A DNA stretch of 55,388 bases, taken from positions 1 to 55,388 of the IMG/VR virus record IMGVR_UViG_3300032893_000060, one strand, 5' to 3'. The position numbers were made by a program, and so were the translations under genes. The stretch is from a virus. Taxonomy: Duplodnaviria > Caudoviricetes. Shown here in pieces: positions 39,655 through 48,997 of this stretch. The notes beneath the pieces were generated by a model. It saw only the letters and a list, made by a program, of their open reading frames with translations, did no database searches and was not told where the DNA came from. Position 1 is the stretch's first letter. Each line of letters begins with the position of its first letter.

Positions 39655-40054
39655 ATAAATCGTTCCCTCTAGTCTCCACCGTGAAGTGAAGGACGCCGAA
39701 GCATCATGTTCCACACACTAGAGGGATGAGTGGTCCGTTACTATTCCACGAACCAGCAGGAAGTCAGACAGTTATTAAGATGAACTGTCGGCAACTATAC
39801 TACCACTAGTTCCCCATCTAGTGAGTGTTAGGCTCGCACCCTTCGCTCACTCTATAGTGGCAGCTAACCAAGCCAGAAGATATTGCTACCTTGCACAGCT
39901 TGGAAATAAACTAGCCGCTTAGCCTTATATGGCATCCCTGTCACAGGATTCTGTTTTTGTAGGTTTGCAGTGACATGCTAAACCACTTTGTTCAGATATA
40001 GAGCAATGCTCCATGCGGCCAAAATCAAAGATCGTCGAGGGCACCTAGAATGTA

Positions 40055-40071
40055 AGCATTTTTCGTGCCAC
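40055..40071 (-). promoter_or_regulatory. sigma54 promoter for the ncRNA/replication operon
   Basis: Minus strand GTGGCACGAAAAATGCT; canonical spacing; intergenic. Confidence 0.8.
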
Positions 40072-40118
40072 ATTTTTGCTATTGTATTCAGTTGTATAAG
40101 GATGATACAAGAGTAGAA

Positions 40119-40283
40119 TTACTCATCTTCTTCTACAGTTACTAAAGGTTCATACCATTTAATGTTCCAGAACATGGACTTAGATTCTTTTGGTATTACA
40201 GCCTTTGTTATTTCTGATTCTGACCTAGTGTAATTAGGATCTGTTATCTGAACATCTACAATCACATCAATTCTTAATTTCAT
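40119..40283 (-). CDS. 54-aa protein coupled to the sigma54 activator (not in ORF track)
   Basis: MKLRIDVIVDVQITDP...EEDE; ATGA overlap with activator stop. Confidence 0.55.
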   Translation of the reverse strand: MKLRIDVIVDVQITDPNYTRSESEITKAVIPKESKSMFWNIKWYEPLVTVEEDE

Positions 40284-41158
40284 ATTCTTCCTAATGTATT
40301 ATACCGAATCACCATACGTTGCAATGATCTTACATTCAAACTCAAATCAAAGCTATCAACCATCGACCTATACTTATCCCAAAACTTATCACCACCTGGC
40401 AATGACAATACTATCGGTTCTATATCACACTTACGTTCTCGGAGTGGATTAACAGTTAGTTCCAACGTGCTTATCCTCGCATATAGATCTTCACGGAATG
40501 TCCCTGCCTTAACCATTGCTTTCAGATCACGATTAGTAGCAAACACAAACTTGCAGTCAACTGGTTCAATCTCTTTCCCTCCCACTTTCCTAACTGTCTT
40601 TTCCTGGATCACTCTCAACAACTTCGCCTGCACCCACATCGGCAACTCTCCTACTTCATCAAGGAACATCACACCACCTGTCGCCGCTTTGATTAGTCCA
40701 TCTGTTGTCTTACCGGCTCCAGTGAATGCACCACTGACATATCCGAACAGTTCACTCTCGACTAGTTCAGAAGGAAAGCCGGCACAGTTTGCAGCTTTGA
40801 TTACACCTGGACGATTGTTGATTTGTGACTTCGCTATTAGTTCTTTACCTGTTCCTGTCTCACCAAAGACTAGCACCTCGTACGGCGTCTTGCTCATCTT
40901 CAGTGCATCTTCTTTCATCTGGATAGTCTCTGGATCGACTGTGACAAATTTTTGGAGCCACAATTCTCCTGCACTGAACTGTGATTGATAGCGCCAGCTA
41001 CCATCAGGATTTGATACGATGATGAATGGAAGATTGTTTCGTTCAATCAGTATGCGGGCTGGGTCCATGCAGTCCGCACCATTAGCTTGTAATGCTTGTA
41101 ACTTCCTTTCAAAGAAGTCTATCTCACTTTGGGTTAGTTGCTTTGTTTGTTGGTCCAT
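40280..41158 (-). CDS. sigma54-dependent activator (bEBP, NtrC/NifA-family AAA+), no receiver or HTH domain
   Basis: GETGTGKE, ESELFGY.SGAFTGA, FLDEVGEL, QAKLLRVIQE, ATNRDL, FREDLYARI, LRERK, NVR. Confidence 0.95.
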   Translation of the reverse strand: MDQQTKQLTQSEIDFFERKLQALQANGADCMDPARILIERNNLPFIIVSNPDGSWRYQSQFSAGELWLQKFVTVDPETIQMKEDALKMSKTPYEVLVFGETGTGKELIAKSQINNRPGVIKAANCAGFPSELVESELFGYVSGAFTGAGKTTDGLIKAATGGVMFLDEVGELPMWVQAKLLRVIQEKTVRKVGGKEIEPVDCKFVFATNRDLKAMVKAGTFREDLYARISTLELTVNPLRERKCDIEPIVLSLPGGDKFWDKYRSMVDSFDLSLNVRSLQRMVIRYNTLGRI

Positions 41159-41471
41159 ATATTTTCTCTCTCCATGCTTTCCATATTGAAACTGCTTTCT
41201 TTCCAGTATATGTTATGTAATGATTAGCTGTTAGTTGTAACACACATACTGGAGTCCATCTGTCTAATATATCCATTCGCTTAGCTCTTTCTAGCATTGT
41301 CTCACCTGGATATAGTGGATGGAAGTGGGCTATCTCATCTCCTACTACTTGACCTCTTACTGTTGGTGCTTTGGGCTTTGTGTAGAAGACTGATCCCTCT
41401 TGATTGCGATAGAAGAAGGATGCATACTGCACTTTCCCTAGATCTAGGACAGTGCGATTAGAAGTCATCAT
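41124..41471 (-). CDS. Hypothetical protein
   Basis: 115 aa overlapping both neighbours. Confidence 0.6.
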   Translation of the reverse strand: MMTSNRTVLDLGKVQYASFFYRNQEGSVFYTKPKAPTVRGQVVGDEIAHFHPLYPGETMLERAKRMDILDRWTPVCVLQLTANHYITYTGKKAVSIWKAWREKIYGPTNKATNPK

Positions 41472-41676
41472 TGTTTGGTTTGTTTAGTGCAGCCAATAGG
41501 ATTGCTTCCATTATACCTGTATCTTGTGCGTTTATCAATAGATTACGCTCACCTTCTTTGATGCTTAGAATGTGGACATAATCATCTGACATTGGATCGG
41601 CTGGATCTGCTTTGGCTGCGTCAACTTCGATTTCGATTGTCATATATCCTTTCTCCAGCACTTGAATACTGGACAC
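41458..41676 (-). CDS. Hypothetical protein
   Basis: Up to 72 aa; true start may be the internal ATG at the ligase stop. Confidence 0.5.
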   Translation of the reverse strand: MSSIQVLEKGYMTIEIEVDAAKADPADPMSDDYVHILSIKEGERNLLINAQDTGIMEAILLAALNKPNNDDF

Positions 41677-42506
41677 CGTGGTTTATCTTTCATTCCATGT
41701 TTCTGATACTTGAACGTTACTACTTTCCCCCTAAAGTAATCTTGGTTATCCCATATATCCTTTCGTTCTTTGTCTGTGAACCCAGAACCTATTTTGAATG
41801 GTCCGTATATATCGTGATGAACCCATAGTGCACCGAGAGTGTCTTCGGGGATCATGCCTGCGTTACAGGATGAATGCTTCGCTAGCCCAAAGTTATCGGC
41901 CGTCTCTGGATTGGCATTGTGCATTCGTTCTTCGAAGTCTGTGACAACTGCTTCGGCATCAAGGAATGGTTTGAGCTTCATTAGATAACCTTCGCGAAGA
42001 GTGGAACGGCCACATTTATATGGAGCATCAGCGCGGCGGAGCATAATGCCTTCATATCCTTCTTGAAGAAATGTTTTCATCTTCATCTGAAGTTGCATCT
42101 CATCATCAACTCTCTCGGGCCACAGGAATTGATGACAAGGAAAATGATGTTCACCAATAAACAATGCAAGTTCGTCAAGCCGCTCGATGTAAGACCATTC
42201 TGGATGAGCCCAACAATCAAATACTTTATAGATGAAGTCTGGTGCACCATCTATAGACATGACGCCAGATGATGTCTCTTGGAAGTTGTTGCCAACTACT
42301 AGTTCTCCGTCTAAATATCGTAAGCTAGCAGAAGATAAACATTTGCATATAAAGTTATTCGCTATTGGTTTAAATGTTCTACTAACTACTCGACCATCAC
42401 CAAGAACCAAGCACCTGATCCCATCAATCTTTGGTGTCGCTAATAGTGGATATTCTAGCTTGCTAACATCTTCAATGGTCGCTGCTAACATTGGTCTCGT
42501 TATCAT
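41640..42506 (-). CDS. Minimal ATP-dependent DNA ligase
   Basis: PMLA, PKIDGIRC, LDGEL, YEGIMLR, KLKP, IGSGFTD. Confidence 0.92.
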   Translation of the reverse strand: MITRPMLAATIEDVSKLEYPLLATPKIDGIRCLVLGDGRVVSRTFKPIANNFICKCLSSASLRYLDGELVVGNNFQETSSGVMSIDGAPDFIYKVFDCWAHPEWSYIERLDELALFIGEHHFPCHQFLWPERVDDEMQLQMKMKTFLQEGYEGIMLRRADAPYKCGRSTLREGYLMKLKPFLDAEAVVTDFEERMHNANPETADNFGLAKHSSCNAGMIPEDTLGALWVHHDIYGPFKIGSGFTDKERKDIWDNQDYFRGKVVTFKYQKHGMKDKPRCPVFKCWRKDI

Positions 42507-42657
42507 GTCGTATTACTTTCACTTCATTGATTTCGAGCTTGTGCTCACTATTGTTTAGTGGACTGTCAAGCAGATAACGCTCTATGTGCTCACAGATTGT
42601 GAAGTTATCTACGCCAGTCACTACAGTTAATTCAATCCGGATTGTTTTCTTTTCCAT
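42472..42657 (-). CDS. Hypothetical protein
   Basis: Start taken at MEKK; overlaps neighbours. Confidence 0.5.
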   Translation of the reverse strand: MEKKTIRIELTVVTGVDNFTICEHIERYLLDSPLNNSEHKLEINEVKVIRHDNETNVSSDH

Positions 42658-42964
42658 AGTTCTTCCTCGATACAAGCATATTCTCGAAGTGAAAGTGAAA
42701 CGGCTTTTCAATTGGAATACTTCCCTCCCAATATGCAGTTAGATATCCATATAAAGCATGAGTTTTGGCTGATTGTATGGTTGCAATACCTTCATAATGT
42801 CCAGTCCACTCTCCTTTCTGGTTACCAATTCTAAGCCGCCATATGAAACCAGTTTTATCATTTATTACATCGACTGTTACTTCTTCATTAGTATCTGGAA
42901 ATAAGTATGTTGATGTATTTGTTATTCGTTTTTCTAATTCTATTTGATCAGTTTTTCTAGTCAT
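42632..42964 (-). CDS. Hypothetical protein
   Basis: Start taken at MTRK overlapping the helicase end. Confidence 0.55.
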   Translation of the reverse strand: MTRKTDQIELEKRITNTSTYLFPDTNEEVTVDVINDKTGFIWRLRIGNQKGEWTGHYEGIATIQSAKTHALYGYLTAYWEGSIPIEKPFHFHFENMLVSRKNYGKENNPD

Positions 42965-45305
42965 TTGTTTCTTTTCCATTTCCATTCTCACTTTCTCCTT
43001 CTTCGTCAGTGTCACCCTCATCAATGAGGGATGATTCATCGTTCATTGCGTCTTTGGTTAGGTCAAGCACTCGCTTAACTTCCTCGTCTCTACCACCACC
43101 AAAGATTATTTGTTGCCAACTCTCCCTCTGTCTAACTACCGCACTCAAGCACCTGAGCTTCTGACTATATACTTGCCCCATCCTTACTTCGATCGTGCCT
43201 GCGTAGCAGTAGACGTTTTGGACTGTCGGTGATAGGCTTGTTAATCTAGGAACGCGTCCCACTCCTTGGACGAGTTCAATCGCATTGTAGGTGACAACAA
43301 TGAATGTTTCACGAGGTCGTACTGGAACTTTGGCAATATCTTCTTCAAAGGCATAACCGCTTTCCTTACGTCTGCACTTGAAGCTGGTAAGTTCATCTGT
43401 ATGGTGTAAGGACAGGCCCACCCCTCCAGCCTTAAGTGTATATATACAGTAGAGCGATTCCCCTCTCTGGAACTTGTCGATTTCATTTTGTCTTGTTATT
43501 TGATCTTGTGGACCTAAGCGCCACTCTTCCGGATACTGGACTAGAACTCTGTCCTCTACATCATCTAATCCCATATCTCCAATCATTTCATCTGCTTCTA
43601 ATCCCATTGCTTTGAGCTTATCGCTCAACGCTTTAATCTTTGCTTTAGACTTTTGCTTTTCTGTAAGTTGTGTTTGACCACCACCCCAAATGAGGGAGAT
43701 GTTGTCACGGGACACACCATACTTTTCGATAAGGAGTTTCTGTATCTCAATAAGAGTAGCTTTGAATTTAACTGCTGCAACAGCGGCTTTGCCTCTCTTG
43801 GTGACAGCTTCGTGCATATCGTGAGCAAAATGTTCCGCATGACAGAATTCTGCTGCCATTGCGAACTTAAGAAGTACGACGAGATAGCAAATGCCCGCGT
43901 TATCACCTGCCTCTTTTGCCGCATCAATCTTTGCTTTCTCTTTAAGGAATCTTTCCCATGCATCTTCATAGAATTTACGTTTTGCATCAGACTCGAATTG
44001 AATTATCTTAACACCATTAATTGCATCGAACTGTGGCTTAACACCCTTTACTCTTACTATCCAAGGTTCCAAATCATCTATTAGTCTGTCTACAGCCGCT
44101 TTATTGAAGTCAGTTGGCTTACTTGGACTACTGATCATGGATGCGTATGCATTCCAATTGTCGTTTGTGAGTATGCTACCCTTTGGAAACCCCAAATGCT
44201 CTAGTGGTCTGTGAGTTGCGACTGCGAATGCTTGTGCTTCGGAGACGCGAGCAAATGGAGTAGCACTAATGCAAACCAGACAAGACTTCCCAAGAGGAAG
44301 TTCATTATACTTATAGATGATTCGTGACTGCTTCGATTTTTTGTTCTTTGCTCCTTGTGATTCATCTAGATAGAGTGGGACTGGCTGAAGGCCATTCTTC
44401 CACTGTAGGTCCATTATTTCTTTGCCATTCTGAACTACTAACTTCTCACGCAACCAATACTCACCAGCGGCTGAACGCAACTGTTCAATGTTTGTAATCT
44501 CTGTGTCGACATTGGGCTTAAGATTAAACAAGCCACCAAATACACGATGTGTCTGAGTGAGGATAGTTGCTTTAGTTACATAGAGACTTTTAATGTGAGA
44601 CCATGTGCGGCTGTCACTCCAACCTATGTCCCTAAGGTGTCGCTCAATCATTGCGACAATGAATGTCTTGCCAGTCCCTGTCGGTGCAAGAATCAATAGC
44701 CCTGTCTTCCCTTCATCAACGATCTTCCTTATTGCTTCTGCCGCTGCTTTCTTTTGGAACCAGTATTCATAGAGTGCGACACTGACATTCGGTGAACGGG
44801 TATAGCCATAATTGTCTTCTGCCTTAAGGATAATTTTCGGAGCTTCTTGGATAGGTGTGCTTTGTATAGTGCGGTTTGTATCGCCCACTCGAAGCGGCGC
44901 TGACTCCACAGTAGTTTGGCTCTTTCCATTCTCACTTTGGCTTTCAGTTCCCGAGCCGATGGGACGTTGAGCTTCTTCAGTTCGAGCAGGAAGCTCAACC
45001 ACATTCTGTCTATCTGACTTTGGCTTTTCATATGTTGTATCTATTGCTGTTTGTACTATCTCACTCTGTAATTTGGTTTCTAATTCGTCTACTTGTTTCT
45101 TGAGAAATTCTTTTAGTTCTGGGAATGTCAGCGGACGATTGGCTGTCTTGGTAATCTCAGTATCAGGGATGCCTAAGTGTCGCTGTAGATCATGCCAATC
45201 TTTGATTTGGTGAAACGAGAATGCGGAGACTATGCGTGCGTGAAGCAATCGTAGATTGTCACGTTGACGACGTTTTATGGTTTCAGGTGAGGGAGGACGG
45301 GCCAT
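42957..45305 (-). CDS. Superfamily 2 helicase-like ATPase
   Basis: APTGTGKT, LDESQ, SATP, GGVGLSLH, QGVGRVPR. Confidence 0.85.
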   Translation of the reverse strand: MARPPSPETIKRRQRDNLRLLHARIVSAFSFHQIKDWHDLQRHLGIPDTEITKTANRPLTFPELKEFLKKQVDELETKLQSEIVQTAIDTTYEKPKSDRQNVVELPARTEEAQRPIGSGTESQSENGKSQTTVESAPLRVGDTNRTIQSTPIQEAPKIILKAEDNYGYTRSPNVSVALYEYWFQKKAAAEAIRKIVDEGKTGLLILAPTGTGKTFIVAMIERHLRDIGWSDSRTWSHIKSLYVTKATILTQTHRVFGGLFNLKPNVDTEITNIEQLRSAAGEYWLREKLVVQNGKEIMDLQWKNGLQPVPLYLDESQGAKNKKSKQSRIIYKYNELPLGKSCLVCISATPFARVSEAQAFAVATHRPLEHLGFPKGSILTNDNWNAYASMISSPSKPTDFNKAAVDRLIDDLEPWIVRVKGVKPQFDAINGVKIIQFESDAKRKFYEDAWERFLKEKAKIDAAKEAGDNAGICYLVVLLKFAMAAEFCHAEHFAHDMHEAVTKRGKAAVAAVKFKATLIEIQKLLIEKYGVSRDNISLIWGGGQTQLTEKQKSKAKIKALSDKLKAMGLEADEMIGDMGLDDVEDRVLVQYPEEWRLGPQDQITRQNEIDKFQRGESLYCIYTLKAGGVGLSLHHTDELTSFKCRRKESGYAFEEDIAKVPVRPRETFIVVTYNAIELVQGVGRVPRLTSLSPTVQNVYCYAGTIEVRMGQVYSQKLRCLSAVVRQRESWQQIIFGGGRDEEVKRVLDLTKDAMNDESSLIDEGDTDEEGESENGNGKETND

Positions 45306-45484
45306 ATTATATCTTGTCTGTTAATACAACTTCATTAAGTATATCATGAAGTCTATCTGATGGTAAGAGATAGCTTGGTGCAGATTGATAACGTTCAACT
45401 GCATCTCGTATCCCCTGTTTCCAAGCATCGAGTTGGATTTGTTTTATATGATCTATGCAAGATTGATCTGTTGGAAATGTATTA

Positions 45485-45697
45485 TCATGAATTTCCTTGA
45501 ACCACTCTTCTGCTGTTTTTATGTTTATTTAATATATTTTCTATATCCTTGCCATTAAATCTTTCTCTAATCTGTTGCGGTGTCTGTTGCATTAATTGAC
45601 GATGCTCAATCTCTTCTAGTTGAGTAAGTGAGTAGAAGTATCCTACTTTGCCATCGTCTAGTTCGATAATGGTTGGTGAGAGGTCAATGGGGTTCAT
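45485..45697 (-). CDS. Hypothetical protein
   Basis: 70 aa, ATGA-coupled. Confidence 0.55.
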   Translation of the reverse strand: MNPIDLSPTIIELDDGKVGYFYSLTQLEEIEHRQLMQQTPQQIRERFNGKDIENILNKHKNSRRVVQGNS

Positions 45698-46137
45698 AGC
45701 TCACTCTCTTTCTCAATTAGTTTCTTTACTCCACATTGCGCTACTTTCAGATGCATAGTCTTACACTTAATGATTGACAAAGCACACAAAGTCGATCTCT
45801 CAATGGGCATATTGTATTTGTAGGTAATTTGCTTTGCTACAAGCTTCACATTAGCCTCGAAGATGAATCTCGCAACCCGCTCATCATTCGCCCTTTTCCT
45901 CTGTCTCTCCCAAAGATCAACTGACTCTATCCATGCTTTGTAACGCCAGAGAAGTGGACGTTTTAAGTCTGGATTGTATTTGTCTGGCCATTGGACATAA
46001 TAGGTCAACCGATTCTTGAGCTTAATGTCTAGTATCTCTGCTACCGACGCTCGAATTGGGACAGAATGATTCTCACCTAATGTGTCTTCGAGATACTCGT
46101 CGAGTGGTAGAGTGATTGTGTCGGGTGGCTTTTTCAT
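45694..46137 (-). CDS. Hypothetical protein
   Basis: 147 aa. Confidence 0.6.
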   Translation of the reverse strand: MKKPPDTITLPLDEYLEDTLGENHSVPIRASVAEILDIKLKNRLTYYVQWPDKYNPDLKRPLLWRYKAWIESVDLWERQRKRANDERVARFIFEANVKLVAKQITYKYNMPIERSTLCALSIIKCKTMHLKVAQCGVKKLIEKESEL

Positions 46138-46320
46138 TCATCTTGTGGTGCCTTGAATGATGTTGATTATCTCAACGAGAGCAGCATTATAGTTGCGAAC
46201 TCCAAAGCTTAATGCTCGTATCTTATCCAAGACGATCTGTCGCTCTTGCTCTAGTTTCGCAATCTTTTGGCGAAGATTGTCAACCTCTTTTTGCTCTTCG
46301 GGAGTCATATGATTAAACAC
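46138..46320 (-). CDS. Hypothetical coiled-coil protein
   Basis: 60 aa abutting next gene. Confidence 0.55.
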   Translation of the reverse strand: MFNHMTPEEQKEVDNLRQKIAKLEQERQIVLDKIRALSFGVRNYNAALVEIINIIQGTTR

Positions 46321-46413
46321 AAATACGCCGACTAGGTTACATCACCCATCGGCTTTTCGGTTGTTATCCGAAGTCTGGAGCCTAAGCGAGTGGCCTAAGC
46401 TCCAGGTGTTCGA

Positions 46414-46815
46414 CTAACCTATACCCAGAGCAGCACGCTCTTCTGCCGTTAATTTGGCGATTGCTTGATCTTTTATTGAAAATTGCTTTTGTCTTACTTC
46501 TCGTCTTTGTTTCATTTGCAAATAGTGTTCTCTTTTAAACTTAAGCAACTGTTGTTTAGTTGGTCGTAGTGATATTTGTAAATCAGTTAATAATTTCTGT
46601 TTATTAACCGAACCATCAATTTCTATTTGATCCAAACAAATATCCATGCATAATGCACGAAGATGCCGATTAAGCACTTTAGCTAATACAGGTTTTGAGA
46701 ATAGCTTTAGTGCTCCGTTAATATTATTCTCGGTCACCTTATAACCAAGAAATGTCCTACCATAATTAAAACTTTTCTTTCCTATTGTTTGTATTGTTAG
46801 TTTCATTTTACTCAC
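46414..46815 (-). CDS. Hypothetical protein
   Basis: 133 aa ending AKLTAEERAALG. Confidence 0.6.
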   Translation of the reverse strand: MSKMKLTIQTIGKKSFNYGRTFLGYKVTENNINGALKLFSKPVLAKVLNRHLRALCMDICLDQIEIDGSVNKQKLLTDLQISLRPTKQQLLKFKREHYLQMKQRREVRQKQFSIKDQAIAKLTAEERAALGIG

Positions 46816-46834
46816 TTTTTGTTAGTTGTTAACT

Positions 46835-46868
46835 GAAAGAAAGGGACTGAAATTATTCAATCCCTTCT
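46835..46868 (-). terminator. Probable intrinsic terminator
   Basis: Minus strand AGGGATTGAA-TAAT-TTCAGTCCCT then TTCTTTC, just after the 209-aa gene. Confidence 0.6.
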
Positions 46869-46886
46869 GTTTTAACTAACGACTGA

Positions 46887-47516
46887 CTACTTGGTGGCAG
46901 TAGTAGCTTTTTCCTCTTCCTCTTCTTCCTTCTGGCGTTGCTGGCGCTTCGCAACTCTCTCTGCATACTTCGCATCAAGAGCGGCCTTACTGATCTTCAA
47001 AGGCTGGATCAATGCAGCCAATTCGATCATCCTGTTTTCCAATACAATGGCACGAGCCGTCTTAGGCGTGGCAGGAGTTCCATCCTCCGTAGCGCCGAAG
47101 CTATCGTCATTGATGATAGACTGCTGCTCATCAACATAGACACTAATCTGGCCGATAATGTCTTTCAGCTTCTCAACACCCGCTGTAAACTGACTCCACT
47201 CAACCATCATATTCTCCTCATTGAGGAGACCAGTAGTCTCATTGATATTGTCCAAGTAAATGTCTTGAAAAATACCACGAGCCTCGCGAGTGAGGGCAGT
47301 TGCCGCATCTTTCAAACCGAACCACAGAAGATCAGCAATGTTGGTTAGACATTGGAGTGTGCTTCCATTCTTCAGTTCTACCTCTGAAAGGATAGGAGGT
47401 TCGATGGTTGGAAAATAGAAGGACTTGCCGAAGTTCTTCTTGTTCTTCTTACCGAATTTACCCTCAACGAGAGTCTTATTGACTCCATTACGTTCTACAT
47501 TTAAGTTCAGACTCAT
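46887..47516 (-). CDS. Hypothetical protein
   Basis: 209 aa, A-rich leader, followed by terminator. Confidence 0.7.
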   Translation of the reverse strand: MSLNLNVERNGVNKTLVEGKFGKKNKKNFGKSFYFPTIEPPILSEVELKNGSTLQCLTNIADLLWFGLKDAATALTREARGIFQDIYLDNINETTGLLNEENMMVEWSQFTAGVEKLKDIIGQISVYVDEQQSIINDDSFGATEDGTPATPKTARAIVLENRMIELAALIQPLKISKAALDAKYAERVAKRQQRQKEEEEEEKATTATK

Positions 47517-47574
47517 TTGTTTTGTTTCTATTTGTTGTTTACTGTTTTACCGTGCAACTAGCTTCACGTGCGAG

Positions 47575-47718
47575 CTAGTTGGAAATCTTGCAGAATCTCT
47601 TGTTGATCCATTCTCCGCGATCATTGTCTTTCCATGTGACAAGATAGAAAGATGAACCAACTTGAATGACTTTGCCTTCGAACGAATGTCCGTTTGGTAG
47701 TGCTACTGTGATTTTCAT
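47575..47718 (-). CDS. 47-aa small beta-barrel (SH3/Tudor-like) protein (not in ORF track)
   Basis: MKITVALPNGHSFEGKVIQVGSSFYLVTWKDNDRGEWINKRFCKISN; ATGA-coupled. Confidence 0.55.
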   Translation of the reverse strand: MKITVALPNGHSFEGKVIQVGSSFYLVTWKDNDRGEWINKRFCKISN

Positions 47719-47972
47719 TGTATTACATTCTTTGGTGGACGAGTTGCAACCGGACGGCGAACTACTAGATTGATTTGTCCTTTCTCGTATCGTCCGGCCT
47801 TCTCACCGAAATACTTTTCGCTGACTAAAATCCAACCATGATTTGATTCATCATTTGGATCAACCTCAGCGAATGTCTGAATGTCGGGATCAAAATTATT
47901 CATTGTGTTAATCTGATCTTCTGCTTTGATTGTCTCATTTGGTCTTAGTATTCTGTATCTCATAATGCTCAC
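47715..47972 (-). CDS. Hypothetical protein
   Basis: 85 aa, first gene after a sigma54 promoter. Confidence 0.6.
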   Translation of the reverse strand: MSIMRYRILRPNETIKAEDQINTMNNFDPDIQTFAEVDPNDESNHGWILVSEKYFGEKAGRYEKGQINLVVRRPVATRPPKNVIQ

Positions 47973-48003
47973 TCTTTCATTGGTTTTGCCGTGCTAGGTA
48001 TAT

Positions 48004-48020
48004 AGCAATTTGCGTGCCAA
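48004..48020 (-). promoter_or_regulatory. sigma54 promoter, near-perfect consensus
   Basis: Minus strand TTGGCACGCAAATTGCT; intergenic. Confidence 0.9.
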
Positions 48021-48084
48021 GTGCATCTCACTAGAAGCAGTCGAATTGATATAACCTAGTATAGGGTTAGTGGCTACTATTTAA

Positions 48085-48330
48085 CTAGCGCAACAGTTCG
48101 TGAAATATACTATTGACATGTCGATTGCGTGTATCGCGTGCTTCATTTAATTGATGGCTGATTTCATCTACTTTTTGCTGTGCAATAGCTAATTGGTGAA
48201 CTGTTTCAGGTGTTAGCATACAAACAAGGTTTGATGCCGACTGTTGAACACAACGAATCGCATTATTGACTTCGTATCTGTCATTCATATTAGTCTCTCC
48301 TATACTGTAGGATTGTATTCGTAGTATCAT
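48085..48330 (-). CDS. Hypothetical protein
   Basis: Early-region ORF; start may be the internal MND. Confidence 0.5.
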   Translation of the reverse strand: MILRIQSYSIGETNMNDRYEVNNAIRCVQQSASNLVCMLTPETVHQLAIAQQKVDEISHQLNEARDTRNRHVNSIFHELLR

Positions 48331-48481
48331 CGCCTAATATCTGGCGAAGATGCTCTACTTTGTCTTTGTGCTTGATTTTGATTTCAGTTAACGACATTGC
48401 AAACGGCTGGATTGGAATACGAATCCAATGTCCATTTACTAATGTTCGCCTATCTGTTCGGCCACCGATTAGTGTTCTCAC
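48290..48481 (-). CDS. Hypothetical protein
   Basis: 63-aa early-region ORF. Confidence 0.45.
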   Translation of the reverse strand: MRTLIGGRTDRRTLVNGHWIRIPIQPFAMSLTEIKIKHKDKVEHLRQILGDDTTNTILQYRRD

Positions 48482-48650
48482 TTGTTAATTGCTTTCTTAG
48501 ACTATTTATTTGCTTGTGAATAGCAAGACAATCTTTAGGCATCATTAGTGGAAATGTCTTTGGATTGTCTAAGTCTATCCCTTGTTCAGCCAATTTAGTC
48601 TCTAATTGGTCGAACAAATCCATTATTTGGCTTATGGTCGATTTCTCCAT
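48450..48650 (-). CDS. Hypothetical protein
   Basis: 66-aa early-region ORF. Confidence 0.55.
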   Translation of the reverse strand: MEKSTISQIMDLFDQLETKLAEQGIDLDNPKTFPLMMPKDCLAIHKQINSLRKQLTSENTNRWPNR

Positions 48651-48784
48651 ATTCGTATAATGTCACAGACGGCTTTCGTAATGATCCAGAAAGAAATGGA
48701 GAGCATTAAGATTGTAATGCTCATGTATTGAGGAGAGTAGTACTTGGGCATATGTTTGTTGGAACCTGTTGCTTTCGCTAATGA

Positions 48785-48997
48785 TTAGTGCTTGTCAGCC
48801 ACGCCAAGCTTTTTGCTGACAGTTTCGATTAGCAGATTTTGTGCGTGATCTTCGTCTGCTTTTAGCGTGGTATGCACTTGCTTAATTGTTTCGTCATCGA
48901 ACGCTTCTTTTCGATACTCGAACCAAACTCTAACCTTTCGAAGATTGTTCAATGTTGTGATTGTATTTGACAGTTCTTGATCTAATTGTGTTTGCAT
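48785..48997 (-). CDS. Hypothetical protein
   Basis: 70-aa early-region ORF. Confidence 0.55.
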   Translation of the reverse strand: MQTQLDQELSNTITTLNNLRKVRVWFEYRKEAFDDETIKQVHTTLKADEDHAQNLLIETVSKKLGVADKH

